A DNA stretch of 64,000 nucleotides from Eledone cirrhosa. Its lineage: Eukaryota. The stretch is taken from positions 94,984,001 to 95,048,000 of the forward strand of contig OZ024745.1 in assembly GCA_964016885.1 (NCBI GenBank). Direction: 5' to 3'. Position numbers and translations under genes: made by a program. Every line of letters starts with the position of its first letter. The stretch's first letter is position 1. The notes below the pieces were generated by a model. The model searched no databases. It was not told the DNA's origin and saw nothing but the letters and a program-made list of their open reading frames with translations. Positions 13,830 through 28,910 of this stretch are shown piece after piece.

Positions 13830-15570
13830 TACAACAACTACAACGGTACGCGATGGGGCCCACTCACAGCCCCGGCGGAAAGAATGGAGAAGGCGTTCCC
13901 TCGGAGGACGGCAAGGGAGACGCGCTGGAAAAACCACTCCAATTTGCGGGGCTCACACCTGTGGCTGGCCAGCTCAGCGCCTATGGTTGTGAGTAAGGAG
14001 GTAGCCCTGGGGTCGAGGACACCAGAAGTCTCCACTGTCAGGGGTACAACCGCAAACCTGTCGGAGAATGACCGGTATTTGAGAAGTTTGGCCCCCTCAG
14101 CCCGACGTGCAGCAGAACCTGGGTCAGTCGCAGACTGCACCAGGTTTCGGCTGCAGAAAGTGTCGGTGCAAGTGGCATCCCAGACGAGGGGTATGCCACC
14201 GCGGAACGGGAACATGTCATGCCATCTGGCCTTTTGCCGTCCCCTCGATCCAGCCCTACCGGCTCGAGCTGGGAAGGGTAGCCTTCAGCGTCCAAGCCAA
14301 GCTTAATGACCTCGTTAAGGGCAGCATGGCGTGGAATGCGGCCGGCACTGTGGCGACAGGAAAGCGGGTGGAGGCCGAAAGAGTCCACGATGGAACCGCA
14401 GCAACATTGGCGTGGCTGGCAGATCCGGAGGCCGAGCCTCAGCGAAACGCCGATTCGCAGGCTATGGTTGTCTAGCTGCGTGCCAGTAGAGAAGGAGGGC
14501 AGGGCATGGAGCCAGGCACCGCTGTGGGATTTGGAGGCCGCACGAAAACAAACAAGGCGGTGCTGGTCGAGCTGGCGCACGAGCCTGTCTGAGTTCAGGC
14601 TGCACTGGATGGCATCCCAAGTGCGTTGGGGGGGGACTTGACGTCAACATAGGGAGAAGGAGGAGGGACGTCTATTGGGCTAAGTCCCAGCCGGTCCTAC
14701 GTCTCACAGGCGGCCTCACGTTCTCTGAACACAGAGGGTTCAGTTGTGTTTTGAAGAACCCTGCTGACGAGGACGCGCCACGAGGTTACCGACGACAGAT
14801 ACGCCGGCAAAGCTAGTGAGATCGGGGACCGGAGGCCAAGGCCGCCATATCTGACTTGTAAAAAGTGGCCTGTTGCCACCCTATGTCGTCAAACTTGACG
14901 TTGCATATACCCTCGGCTGCTGCTTGAATACAAGTATCGAGGTCAGCGAGGAGAGATGTCTGGGTGTAGCATGGAGCGCTGCGGAATGTATAGAGGAGCT
15001 TCGGCATGGCGAAGCAGTTCCTCAGCAGAAAGAGAGCTGGGTGGCCGTCAATCAAGCCCAGTCGGCTCGTGAGAGTCTGGAGCTGTTGAAGCCTGGACCT
15101 GATGGTGGGCGGCGGGTGGATCGGTGACCAGAGGATGAGGACATCTTCTTTGGGGGTCACCTGAACCTGGCGGAGAATGGACCGCACGTCCAAGACGGAG
15201 GCTGCAAAGCTCGGAGCATCGAGGCTGACGTTCAGCACCTCCGACTTGGCCGAGTTAACCTGGAGGCCGATTCCCGCCAGGGCAGGAACCACCGATTGAA
15301 GGTCATGGCAGACCGTCCGTACGGGCCCGCCCAACGTCGCATCATCCAGATACCAAACGTTGAGAGGGGCCGTGACACTCCAGGCGATGTGGTCAATACC
15401 AAGGGCGAACAGGAGGGGTCCCAAAGGGTCGCCCTGTTGGACCCCAGTAGGCGAGAGTATGACCGTATCAGCAGCAAGGAGCATGCTCGGGGCTCCATAT
15501 GACAGGTAGGCAGAGGGGGCTCGGCTGAGACAGGCCTCGAGCAGATGATCTCGGCGTAAAGAGTTGATTA
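13830..15570 (-). mobile_element. 5'-truncated CRE-like non-LTR retrotransposon (RT + CCHC + restriction-like endonuclease), frameshifted
   Basis: GVQQGDPLGPLLF, WYLDD, RYGGLGLRS, SGAWLHALP, C.C..D..GLH.LSC, RH..LN, GKRPDG, WDATCTDT, K..KY and VETSG spread across four ORF pieces. Stop at 13838 is followed by a short (TTG) tail. Strongly GC-rich. Confidence 0.85.
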
Positions 15571-15849
15571 TTGTTGAATATGCTGGTCTCTGGTCACATA
15601 TCAAGGTTAGCTAATTATAAAATCTTCGATGATGTAAAATATCACACAGCTCATTATCAACTCATTGTCACCCTCATTTCGTTTTTTTTGGGGGGGGGGG
15701 GGATTATCTCCTAAAGCCGCAGTATAATATAAATCATGTAAGTGCAGCGTCAGTCTCCCAGGTTATACATGTTGGATGGGGATATATTGATCCAATAGAA
15801 TGGTATATTTAATTGCTTACGAGATAATATTACACGTTAGATAATGTAT

Positions 15850-16157
15850 GTGTTGATTCGTAACACTCGGGGAAATTGTACAGCGTTTCCTGGGCATTTT
15901 ACACCTGGCAAAGCCCATCTCTCTCCAGGTTTGAGTGAAGCCGATGTCTTCCAGAGAAGAAGAAGAAGAAGAAGAGGCATGGGAAAGAGATATAGAGCAG
16001 ACTCGATCACAGTAATGGACTGGCACTTTTTTATCGACCTCGAAAGGATGAAAGATAAAGTTGACCTTAGTGTAATTTGAACTCAGAGTGCAGAAAGCCA
16101 GAACAAATACCCACAAAGCATTCGATACAACGTTCTACCATCTCGGCCTTCGCCGCT
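15850..16157 (-). mobile_element. SINE, second subfamily (same core, different 3' tail)
   Basis: Core TTTATCGACCTCGAAAGGATGAAAG and B box present; tail shared with 24205-24542. Confidence 0.75.
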
Positions 16158-18044
16158 CAAGTTAAATAATCTCCTCTCTAAATGAATAAAGATCTACACA
16201 TGATACTTAAAAAACGTTTATTTAAAACAATTAGAGTCACTAGAAAATTGACTTATTTAATTCAAAAGGATAGAAACGTTACATACACTGCCATAGAATG
16301 AAGAAAAAAAATGAAAATATATTCTAGAAACACAAAAGGGAACCTTAAGTTATCTTTCCAATACATTGGAATATTCTATGTAATTTTATTTGTTGTTTTA
16401 TTTCATGAATTTAATTCTAGAATGACTCAGAATTTTTCAATTTGATCAAATTTAATTATTTTTTATTTCTAAACTTCGTTTCGTAGCATGTTTGGGGAAA
16501 ACGTTGGAACTTGTATAATCACATCAGCAGAGACATTGCTTATACTATGGTTCGAAAATAGGACTCCATAGACATACATACAATCGTCAAAATTTCGTTT
16601 CGATAATTCTAAGCCTTTATAGTTTTTTTCTAAGTAATCCTTTGTTTCTCAGATTATTTATTACATATAAATCCACCCACAAATATATTGTCACACGTAC
16701 AACTTTTTAATATTTATGCTTTTAAACACATTTCCTAAGAAATCTAGAGCATGATTCTTACAAAATTCTTAATATTTTATATTCTAGATACCATATCGAA
16801 AGATAAAAGTAAAGATTGAAATGCACGAGCTTTGAAATTTTCTTGGGAAGAATCATTCTATACTGAAGGGTTAAATATTTACTATAATAATCCTTTATAA
16901 TACGTTATAGGAATGTTCTTAAGGTGTGACCTTATGCGAATAGTATAAATAAATTTAAGTGATTCAGATGAAATATCTGTCATAACTTAAAGCTATTATG
17001 TTGCTAGTATTCTTCACAAAAAGGTTATTGACTTCATTACTTTATTCCTTCTATTACTATCTTGAGAAAATCAATAAAATTTCACCTAAAATGTTTGATA
17101 AAAACATGTATGACATTAGACATTATCTACTTGAAGGAGAGCAAGAATATGTTGTTTTCTTTCCGTGGACTTTATACCATGTTTCTCTGCTTATGCACAA
17201 CATAAACAAATATAACATATATACGATGTGAGTAAACTTCTTTTGTTGTTTTCTTGTTGCTCACGGAATAATTTTTATGATTCAAGATATGTACAAATAA
17301 CCATCTACTTGTTATGTTTCTTGAAGCGCTCTCATATTTCGTTTCTATATAGGCAATAAAATAAAATCCTTATCACACAAAATCATATTTTGAAAAGGAG
17401 ATGAGACTATTAAATACATTTTTACCCAGTTTTTTTTAAATTGCCCCAAACAAGATTTTGAATACATCCATTGTACACTCAAAATATATCAAATGGAGCT
17501 ATATTTAGATGCCTTCATAAACTCTCAGTTGAATGGAATTATATTTTATTAATTTTATAAATGCAAATATTAAATACATCTTCAGACTATTTGATATTGA
17601 TGTTTCGCTTAATTTTTAAAAGTGGTCTTTAAAACATTCGACGTCTTAATATTTCAACAGTGCGTGATATATGTGGGTGAAACGATTTCCGATACGTTTC
17701 TGTACTTACAAGAATATAATATATAATGTTAAACATACAATGTATTGTTACAAAAAATAGAAATAGCCAGCACAGAATAAACGATTGGAAGAGTAAAATA
17801 AGCAAGAAGAGAACAGATCATTCTGTTATAAAACTAAAGGAAAAATACATCCTGTATGATCAGTAAGTACAGTATAAACAATATGTGAATATAAATAAAA
17901 TGACCACCAAAGAAAAAAAAAGAAACTGTTTGGAAAGTCATCTTTAAAAGTGATACATAACAAAAATAATATAGACTCCATTTACGGTATCCAATTTGTG
18001 ACCTCTTTTACAGTATCTGATTCTTATTTATTCTTATTTATTTT

Positions 18045-18290
18045 GCGTCTTCCATCACAGTATCTGATTTGAGACTTCATTTAAATCTATTCTGAAACTG
18101 CGAACTTCCTGGCATTGAAAATATTCAGAATGTTCCTCATTGCCATTTGACACATTGCACCGCCAAAAAATATCCACCTTCCGCAACCACCGGTCTAAGT
18201 CTTTAGATAGTTTGTTTTACAGGAATGGCAGAAATGATATCCACTATCACTTGAACGTCTGTAATTTATAAATTATTCGACGAAAAACTA
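18045..18290 (-). pseudogene. Decayed Helitron helicase remnant
   Basis: DLDRWLR, FGG..RNIL and SLKS resemble ALDRTLRDI..PFGGK..DFRQILP..ASLKSS.LW. Confidence 0.45.
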
Positions 18291-19559
18291 TTCAACAAGA
18301 TAATTTAACAAAAAAAGAAATCAATATAGTTACACAAAAATGGAAGGGATGTATGGATTTCAAATTGAAATATAGCATACTGTGAGAATTAGAAACAATG
18401 ATACCTAGTATTAAATATTAGAATTAAAAGAGACACTGGTACGTGCTCTTAGATGTGACATCTCCTATTTTAGAAAATGTCTAATCGGAGATATTTTGGA
18501 AATTAGTATACAGACCTAACATTATATAACAGTTATTGTCCCTAATATTATTTCTTGTGACAAAAATGACAATAGTATATTTATTGATAAAACAATATTA
18601 AATTTCTATAATGTTTCGGAGAATTGAAAACAGTATAGTTGAATTGAAAACAGTATGGCAGTTAGGAATGTTTCTATCATCCTATTTGTAATTGATGGAA
18701 CTAATACGATTTTTCTCAACCACTTCGGGAATGATATTGGCAAACTACCAATAAGGATATGCTCAGACAAGTAGAGGAAAATAACATTATTAGAATCTAT
18801 CAATTTTGTTTGGTCATTTTCGCACCCTTTCATTTATGTTTTTCACGCTTTATTTAATACTTCTTTTAAGACAGAAAACATTTGATATATTTCCATGCAA
18901 AGAACCCTTTCTACAAAATTAGTTTTATTAACTATCGTCATGGGATCGTAATATGTGCAAACAACTCTGATACCATAAATTGTATTTCATGGCTGGACGA
19001 AATAGTTTTGATGTAGGTATATAACATTATTTCTTTTTGCATAGTTTATGTATGTATACTGGAAATTATTGACAAAGATTCATTAACTTAGTTCAAACAT
19101 ACAGAAAACTATCTATTTTTCTAGTGGTAGTAAAAAATACTTAGAAGCAAACAAAGAAAAGCTGATCAGTGTAATAACGAACTAAAAAAAGAAAACATCC
19201 GTTTCTCTTCAGATATAATAGAGTAGCGATGCAATACGAACTGGAAACTAATTAAACCTAGGAAACATATTTAGATAAGGATACAAGAGAAGGGGAAAAT
19301 AGGTTTTCAAAATGTACTGGAAAATAAAATCGTACACTAAAATTAGTCTACATTACTAGAAGTCACTGCTGTACAAACCTTCTTTTTATCATAGCATTCT
19401 CGAGATTTGTTTTCAATCTAGATTTTATAGTTCTTTTTAGAGTCCATTCAGAATATTAAAACTGTAGCTTATTACTGGGAAGGCTAGACTATTGATGCCT
19501 ATTACCTTATCATGTGCATTTAGTACTATCACAAGTAATAACTTAACCCGTCTTTAGTA

Positions 19560-21100
19560 TTCCTTTCTATTCTTTTCTGTCATTTGTGTTTGTTGAATCC
19601 CGTCTAGTTCATTAATTCCTAAGTATTTCTATGTCTGTGTGGCATCTGCTTCTCTCATCCTAATTTCTTTATATAACAAGATATTAGTTCTTCATTAGTT
19701 TTCATCTCGTCAGGGTTGCCTTGGCACATTTTTGCTGGCGTAAATTCCATGGTTATTTTCTTTGTGAATCTATGTACAGTCTACAGCAGTGTTTCAATTT
19801 GTCTCTTATTTGCAGCGAACCACTTTAGAACGTCAATATACAGAAGATGGTTGATTTCCTTGACATAGCATTTATATCCAAGTCCAGTCCTGTTTAGTAT
19901 CGCAGATAATGATGTCAGTGCTAGACAGAAGAGAAATGGTGAAAGGAAGTCCCTTGGAATATCCCTCTGTTAATTTGGAATGCCACAGTTTTGAGACATC
20001 CATCTTTTGTTTTTATCTTAAGAATTGTTTGCAATTTACTTATGGAATGTGTTATGAATGTTTTTATTGTTGGCGCTATATTGTTTATGGCTAGCCTTCT
20101 GATAATCAATCCGTGCCAGGGTGAGATTTCCTTCCGTTTTCTGCAGTTTTCTGTTATGGCTTTGTTAATTAATAATTGATCTTTACAGCCAGATGAGCCT
20201 TTACAGCATCTTATTTGCTCTTCTGGAAATAGATGGCTTTTCCTAGTGCTTGGACTGTGTCTGTGATATTAATTATTGCAGTTAAGGTTGTGTAGGATGT
20301 AGGAAGGCATGTTAAGGTCCTGTAGTTTTGGTGGTTTAGTATGTCACAATTCTTATGAATCAGAGTGGTTTCCTCTTTAGTGAGCCAGTCGGGTGTCATT
20401 TCTGGTCCCATCAACATCTCATTAAGCCTTTTTATAACTGCACAATTACAAAGAGTTTTAATGTTTCTATTTCACCACTTTTTAAAAAATCTTTTTTGGG
20501 GCGGAGGTTACTTCCGTCCAAATGGAGATCTTCTATTGGTTGGAGTACTTGGAGTATTTCTGTCTTTATCCTGTTGTAGTACTTAATGCCGTCTTCTGGG
20601 TTTCTTGTACCCACCCCATCCTTCTCATATTTCTGGCAGTGTTGGCCTGAATCGGCTTTTGTTGCTCACTATTGTGCATGTCTTTTAGGGTTACTTCATG
20701 TGTTTTGGATATGCTGGTTCTATTTTCATAGTTTAAATTTCCAATATTTTCATATTTATTGGATGTTTTGTACTCGTTATTTGTGTTTTCGTGTTATATT
20801 CTCTCTTTTATGAGCTCTATTTCAATTTCTGATATATCTTTGGATTTAATATATATCATCTTATGCTCGCTACTTTGATGGAGTCGAGTTTTAATTCAGG
20901 GTATGTGTTATGTTCCAGCCTGATTTTATATCTGTGTACTGTCATGTTTTCATTTTTGAGCACGGTGCTGCCGTCAATTATGCATATAGAATTGAAACAT
21001 AATCCTATCGTACATATGTGTCTTTTTGGATTTCATGTGTGGCACTTGAGTGGTAAAATCCGACCCTTCATTTAGAATGTCATAAATTTTGTCAGGTACC
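19560..21100 (-). mobile_element. Decayed non-LTR retrotransposon RT (R4/Dong-like group, tentative)
   Basis: PDWLT..TTLIHK..NYRTLTCLPT, GCKDQLLINKAI, RGIFQG, INHLLYIDVLK; multiple frameshifts. Confidence 0.7.
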
Positions 21101-21592
21101 ATTTTATTTGTTTATGTTTTTACGTTTTTGTCCATAAATTCAAGGTGTCTCTCTAATCGATATATCAAGGTGCCTTCTAATCGATCAGCTCCAACAAATG
21201 ATAATATATGTTTAAAATCCAAACATATATATTTAAAAACAAGAAATATGAATTCCAACTAATGACAATATATCTTTGAAAGAAATGGATAAAATATCTA
21301 AATACAGAGTAAAAATAGAATTGATCCTCTATTAATAAGTGCTTTGAGAATGCTTCAAATATATAATCAAGACTGGAGGACTTTTTATGTATGTACAAAT
21401 ATTTCAAATCTCATTATCCCGCGCTGCATAGATATTACCATAACATTGCAGATAATGAATATACATAGAGTTACCCCCAATGACAACAATAAAATTAAGA
21501 CAACTGAAGCAATACTGATCAAATTAATGCCGGATATAATTCTATTATTCCAATTTGTAACAGTAAACACTTTTATATATATTTATATATAT

Positions 21593-22521
<929 letters not shown>

Positions 22522-22534
22522 ATACAAATATATA

Positions 22535-22580
<46 letters not shown>

Positions 22581-22581
22581 A

Positions 22582-22998
22582 TGTTGAGTTTATGTTGGTT
22601 GTTTACCGACACCTCAGTATGCAGATTGGAGCACTCGACGAAGTGCGCAGGTTAGTTTGGTTACTCCGGAGTAATGTAAAATAAAATAATTAAGTCAAAT
22701 ATTTAAAATTTGGCTTCGTTTATTAAAGGTATACTGCTATATATATTTCGGTGACAGCCATCCTTGACCATATGATTCCAGTTCCTCAGAGAAATAACAA
22801 CCCAACCAGGAACTGGGCATATCGGAGTATTGACAGAGTTAAACACTTCAACAACATGTGTACCTGTCTCTACAACATCAATTCGGACTGCCTGAAGAGG
22901 TCACAGCCAAGGATGGCTGTCACCGAAATATATATAGCAGTACACCTTTAATAAACGAAGCCAAATTTTAAATATTCGACTTAATTATTTTATTTTAT
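22582..22998. mobile_element. Fold-back pLTR-like element in (TA)n (arms ~22676-22766 / 22907-22998)
   Basis: Inverted repeat visible. An unrearranged copy lies at 35095-35420. Confidence 0.85.
22887..22941 (+). ncRNA. Canonical minimal type I hammerhead ribozyme
   Basis: ACTGC-CTGAAGA-GGTCACAGCC-AAGGAT-GGCTGTCACC-GAAA-TATATA-TA-GCAGT: perfect stem I, long stem II, palindromic stem III. Confidence 0.9.
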
Positions 22999-23576
22999 AT
23001 ATATATATGTATGTATATATGTGTATGTATATATATATATGTATATATATATGTCTGTGTGTGTGTATGTATGTGTGTATGTCTGTATGTATGTATGCAA
23101 ATGTACGTACGTATGTATGTATGCATGTGTGAATGTATTATGTATACATTCCTTTATATGGTTATTTATGAAAAGAGCATTTCTTCAAATCAGATATATA
23201 TTGTAAATAATTGAATAAATTCAATATAGTGTCAAGATATTTCAACTACTTTAAGTTGATTAAGTAAATATTTACATCTACTAATGTGAAATTAAATTAT
23301 TAGCGCTGTTTAGGATTATATACAATTTCTTATTTAAAAAAAACAAAAAACATTAATTTTCTACAACATAATCACGGATTAAACTCAATAAACACACACC
23401 TGCACTTACGCTTACACACCTTCACATACATATACACACATACATAAACACAAGGTCGAATACCGACACAAACTTGGAAACACACAGACAGTCACACATA
23501 CAAATACACAGATATAATATCTATATGTTTGAAAATTTGAAAATGTTTGTTTCGCAAACATAGGAAATTAATGTGA

Positions 23577-23772
23577 TATTTCTACTTTTGGCACAAGGCC
23601 AGCAATTACCCCAGTGCGTGACTGGTATTTTATTTTATCGACCCCGTAAGGATTAAAGGCAAAGCATACCTCGGCGGGATTTCAACTCAGAACGTCAAGG
23701 GCTATAACTCTTTATGGCCCTTTACGAAGCATAGTGTCTGGTGCTCTACCGATACTGCCAAACCACTGCCCT
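23577..23772 (-). mobile_element. tRNA-derived SINE
   Basis: Homologous to the SINE consensus in this window. Confidence 0.88.
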
Positions 23773-24204
23773 ACAGAAAATTAATGTAATGAAAATCGAT
23801 CACTATTGATAATAGTTGTAAAAATTGGTTAAGGTACCTATACAGACAGAAAAATGTGGGCAGCAGCACCTACGAGAAAACGAACCCTATTTCTCACGAA
23901 TACCTCCTATTCAGCTCTGTCTATCTTTTCCCTCCTCTATGATAAGTTACACAATTTCCACAACAATTATCTATAGTAATCAAATGTTATTAGGTATTTC
24001 CTGCATTTAGAGCGTCTATACTTTCAAATTTCAAGTACTCACAACGCGTCGATAATTCATAAGATTTGAATATATCTCATCTACCCTTACACAGTCATTT
24101 GCCTTTGCAAGTACTCTTTCTTTTTCCTCTCTGTATTCCAATTCGACAGTTTTATTTTTTCCTTCAACTTTCTGTTTCCGTTACAATTGTCTATATGTAT
24201 GTAA

Positions 24205-24542
24205 GTATGTATCGTTCCGTAACTCCTGATAGACTTGTAAGGGTGTCGTATTGACATACGGCGTTTCTTGGGCATTTCAAATCCTAGCAGACCCCATCCC
24301 TCTCCAGGCCTGAACATAACAGATTTCTTCCAGAGAAATATTGTAACTGACAGAGAGGAAATGAGAAAGAGATATAGAGGAATAATCGGCCCCAGTACTA
24401 GACTGGTAATTTTTTATTGACCTCTAAAGGATGAAAGGCAAAGTTGACCTCGGCGGGATTTGAACTCAGAGAGCAGAGAGCCAGAATCAATACCATAAAG
24501 CTTTCTATCTGACGTTTATACGACTCTGCCAATTCGCTGGCT
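24205..24542 (-). mobile_element. SINE, second subfamily
   Basis: B box and core present; tail shared with 15850-16157. Confidence 0.78.
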
Positions 24543-25039
24543 ATAATATATAGGTTTCATATAAAACCTGTTCCAACCTGAATATTACTGACGGAAATCT
24601 TCTTTCCGTCGATTTTCATTGATAAATACTTTACAAACTAAATATTCCAGGAGGTAAGAACTACATTTCTAACAAAGCATTTAATATTTGTTTCACACAT
24701 GGAATACAACATGGACTATGAATATAGGATTAAATAAATTGGCATGAATCTGAGGAAGGATTCAAAATACAGTTCAATAAAGAAATACATGAAAACTGAT
24801 GAATGCACAGTACAGCACTGCTCAACTATATAAAACAAAGCACTTTGTCAAAGACTTCTTCACTGTTGATCCAGATCAAGAATTTGTATAGGTTCTTGAT
24901 ACCAAATAACAAAAACTCAACTTCCTGGCTATAACTACAGAATATGAGGGGGGGGGGGGTGTAAGTAGACAGGAATAGTCCACAAACAGGATGTGACAAG
25001 TATATATATATATAAATATATATATATGTATATATATAT

Positions 25040-25225
25040 ATTGGTAAACGGAAAAGAAAATGCTGACAAATTGTTCACAGTGAAAAATAGTTTAATTAGG
25101 AATAAGTGAAAATTAGTAATAGTATTGGTTAGTATTCAGTTTTGGTTTTAAGTTTTACCGGTTGCGCATTTCTAATGCTTTTCAAAAATAATTTTGAGAT
25201 AGAGCGTCCGTGATGTTTGCTCTAA

Positions 25226-25305
<80 letters not shown>

Positions 25306-25770
25306 TAAACGGAATAGAAAATGCTGACAAATTGTTCACAGTTGAAAAATGGTTTAATTAGGAATAAAAGAGTATTAGTGATTGTATGGGTTAGTATTCA
25401 GTTGTGGTTTTAAGTTTTTAAGTTTTTACCGGTTGCGCATTTCTAAATGCTTTTCAAAAATAATTTTGAGATAGAGTGTCCGTGCTGTTTGCTCTGATCT
25501 GATTAGTTTTGGGAATTCTACCTGTTTTTATGTTAAAAAAGTGGCTCCAGCGTTATTTTTGTGTTGCAAAAATGCTTGTGGTCAAAACAATTTTGATTGG
25601 TCGGTAGAGGTCATGTGAATGTAAAAAGTTGATTTTGCGCCAAGACTGTTTTTATGTTAAAAAAGTGGCTCCAGCAAAAATTCTTGGTCAAAACAATTTT
25701 GATTGGTCGGTAGAGGTCATGTGGATAAAAAATTGGTTTTGCGCCAAGATTGAGAAATGACTCTTTCACA
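25040..25770 (-). mobile_element. Duplicated pLTR-like segment (25040-25230 repeats 25301-25500) with variant hammerhead-like motif
   Basis: Direct duplicate separated by (TA)n. Minus strand TTGAAAA-GCAT..ATGC-GCAA-CCGG-TA at 25152-25189 and 25423-25461. Lies downstream of the Penelope ORF on the same strand. Confidence 0.6.
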
Positions 25771-25774
25771 ACAA

Positions 25775-25878
<104 letters not shown>

Positions 25879-25969
25879 GTGGTGTGTGTGTGTGTAGTAG
25901 TAGTAGTAGTAAGGTGTTCGATGCTGAGACAATGGCCAGCAGCGATGTGTGTTAAATGGCTATTAAGAT

Positions 25970-26036
<67 letters not shown>

Positions 26037-26390
26037 GCAGAGTAATTCGATGGTCAGTAAGAATGTGTCTGAAAGCAATGGGGGGTATTTTAGCATGTCA
26101 AAAGATATTTTTCAGCTTTTGTCTTATACGGAGAAGTCCGTCTGTGTATGTGTGTGTGTGTGTGTGTGTGTGTATAAGTCTCTTTGTATGTTGATGTACG
26201 CGTGTGTATGTGTTTGTGTATATATGTGTGTGTGTGTGTGGGTGGACCAGTATTTTTTCCCCCTGGTAAAATGGTGTACATTATTCGATTTTTTCAGTAA
26301 AATCGGTTCTCTTAATAGAACATCAAAAATCTTAACAATAAAAGGTGTGAAATGATATTCACTATATATATATATACACATACATATATT

Positions 26391-26457
<67 letters not shown>

Positions 26458-26599
26458 TACATACATATATATGCACATATATTTTCTTGTATTGCACCAT
26501 AGAGCATGTGTGTTTACGTGTCTCATTGTGTTTATATGTGGGTAGAGATGTGTGCTGATGTAGGTATGTATGTTGACGTGTGTATGTTGTGGGTTCGTC

Positions 26600-28095
26600 C
26601 TAGGGATAAGTGTTTAGACGGGGTCCGTATTTGTTAATGAAGTAAGATTTCTTGCTGATGCGCTGGGTGTGGGTGGCATTATCTTTAAATTTGTAGAGGG
26701 GAAAGATTCTGAAGTTGGGATGATTTTGGGCGGCACAGGTATCAATGTGTTCACTCAGTGGTATTTTCCTGTATTCCCGTATTTTAATTTGGGATCTATG
26801 GACAGTCATACGTTGGCGGAGGCTGTTTTTGGTCTGGCCTATGTATTGTTCTCGACAACCTGAACAAGTTAATACATATATTAGATTTTCCGATGCACAT
26901 GTGAAATTGTGTTTTACTATAAAACGTTGTCCATCTTTGAAATAGAATTCCGAACCCTCTATTAGGTTGATGCAAATGCCACAGTTGGGTCTATCGCATT
27001 TTTTTACTGTGGGTTTCGTTGTTGTGGTTGGCAGTACTTTGGCATGTGTTAAGATGTTTTTCATTGACTTGGATTGTCTTTTGCTCTTTATGATATCGTG
27101 TGTTCGTAGAATTTGGTTCATTCTATGGTCCTTTTTAAATACAGGGATGTTCTGGAGGATGGTGTCAAAGGCCTCATTGTTGAGGGGGTTGTGTGTGGAG
27201 ATGTATGGAAGAGCTTTTAGTTTTGGTTGATTTACTTTAGGGTGTCTAAGGTCCTGGGTACTGAGTTTTAGGGCACGTTGGATTCCATTGTCAATTAGTG
27301 ATGCAGGGTAGTCCCTGCCTATGAGTGTGTCCTTTAGTTCTTGTAGCCGTAAGTAGCAGATGTTTTTATTGGAGACTATAGTACAGATTCTCTTGGCTAA
27401 GTTGTAGGGGATATTAATTTTAACGTGTCTAGGGTGGCAAGAGTTGAAGTGGAGATATTGCTTGGAGTCTGTGGGCTTGTAGTATATGTCTGTTTCTATT
27501 TTTTTGTTATGGATCTTAATGAGGATGTCGAGGAAGGGGAGTTGTTGATGGCTGTATTCCATCGTGAAGTTAATATTTGTGTTGAGCCCATTTATAAGGG
27601 TGTGAAATTCTTTAAGTTTTTCGATGTTTTCGTGCCAAAGGATGAAGCAGTCATCTAGATATCGCTTCCAGTTCCTTTCAATGTGTAAGTGGAGGGTATT
27701 TCCAAATTTGTTTAGGACTTTAGTGTAGAGGGTGATTTCCAGGTATCCCATGACTAGGTTGGCATAAGTAGGGGCTGTTTTCGTTCCCATAGCGGTCCCA
27801 GATTTCTGCCTGTAGGGTTTGTTATTGAAAACGAAGTAATTGTTCTCCAAGATAAATTTGAGTCCCTCTATCACGAATTCTTTTTTAATGCGTTGTGGGA
27901 GTTCATTGTGGAAATTATCCAGCCAGAATTGGATAGCTTCTATTCCTAGGTTGTGGGGGATGTTAGAGTATAGGTTGACTACATCGAACGTCACTAGTAG
28001 GGTTTGTTCAGAAAGTGGCATATTAGGGAGGTTAATGAGCATATCTAGGTCGTCCCTTATATAGCTTTTGATGTGCTTGAGGAAGGGTCTTTTAA

Positions 28096-28097
<2 letters not shown>
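26600..28097 (-). CDS. Penelope-like element (Neptune-type) RT + GIY-YIG endonuclease, 5'-truncated at (TA)n
   Basis: 480-aa open frame: FDVVNLYSNIP, GTAMGTKTAPTYANL, RYLDD, LPFLD, YYKPTD, SCHP, CxxxxCxxC linker, LIYVLTCSGC..YIGQT..R..H..H, GPRLN. Confidence 0.93.
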
Positions 28098-28130
<33 letters not shown>

Positions 28131-28136
<6 letters not shown>

Positions 28137-28530
28137 TAAAACAACGAAACATCAGTGATGCATCTGGACTCAGTTTATTGCGTGTTACAATTGTTTCGCC
28201 GGCAGGTAGCTCGAGCCATGGTCACTGTATGGATCTGGCTGATTCTACGGCTGCAGGTTCCTTCGGACACATCCAATTCGTTCGAAACGAATTCAATTTG
28301 CTCCGAACGAATTGAATGTGTCCGAAGGAACCTGCAGCCGTAGAATCAGCCAGATCCATACAGTGACCATGGCTCGAGCTACCTGCCGGCGAAACAATTG
28401 TAACACGCAATAAACTGAGTCCAGATGCATCACTGATTTTTCGTTTTTTTAATACTATTCACACTCCGTATAAATATTGAGTGAGATAATTTTGGCATAC
28501 CGCCTATGAAATCACCATAGCTACCATTAC
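28131..28530. mobile_element. Fold-back pLTR-like element (arms 28131-28284 / 28304-28458) with hammerhead-like motif 28317-28407
   Basis: ~154-bp nearly perfect IR. Motif TGTGT-CCGAAGGA-long stem II (GCAG..GTAG/CTAC.CTGC)-GAAA-CAATTG-TA-ACACG. Confidence 0.75.
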
Positions 28531-28562
28531 ACACACGTATATACTTATATATATATATATAT

Positions 28563-28879
28563 ATGAAACAGGGAGAAAAAGACGATTATTAGGAAGAAAA
28601 ACATTTTTTTTGCCCTTTTTATTTTTTCTCTCTTTTTTCTGGATTAGAAAGTGATTAAAACGAAATATTTTACTTTGTGTGAAGTGTTAAGGTATTAGTT
28701 GATTTATTTATTAATTAACAATCTCATTTATTTATTTATTTATATATTTAATAATTGTCTAATACCGGTTGCGCATTTCTTATGCTTTTCAAAAATAATT
28801 TATATATATTACTACCACACCTATCTCCTGTCCCTCCGTCGTCTTCTTCTTCATCGTCTTCGTCTTCTGCTCCCCCTCC

Positions 28880-28910
<31 letters not shown>

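Noticed and set aside
24600-24940. Possible host exon (AG|GTAAGA) or hAT transposase fragment (TDECT)
   Set aside because: No sustained reading frame or second supporting motif.
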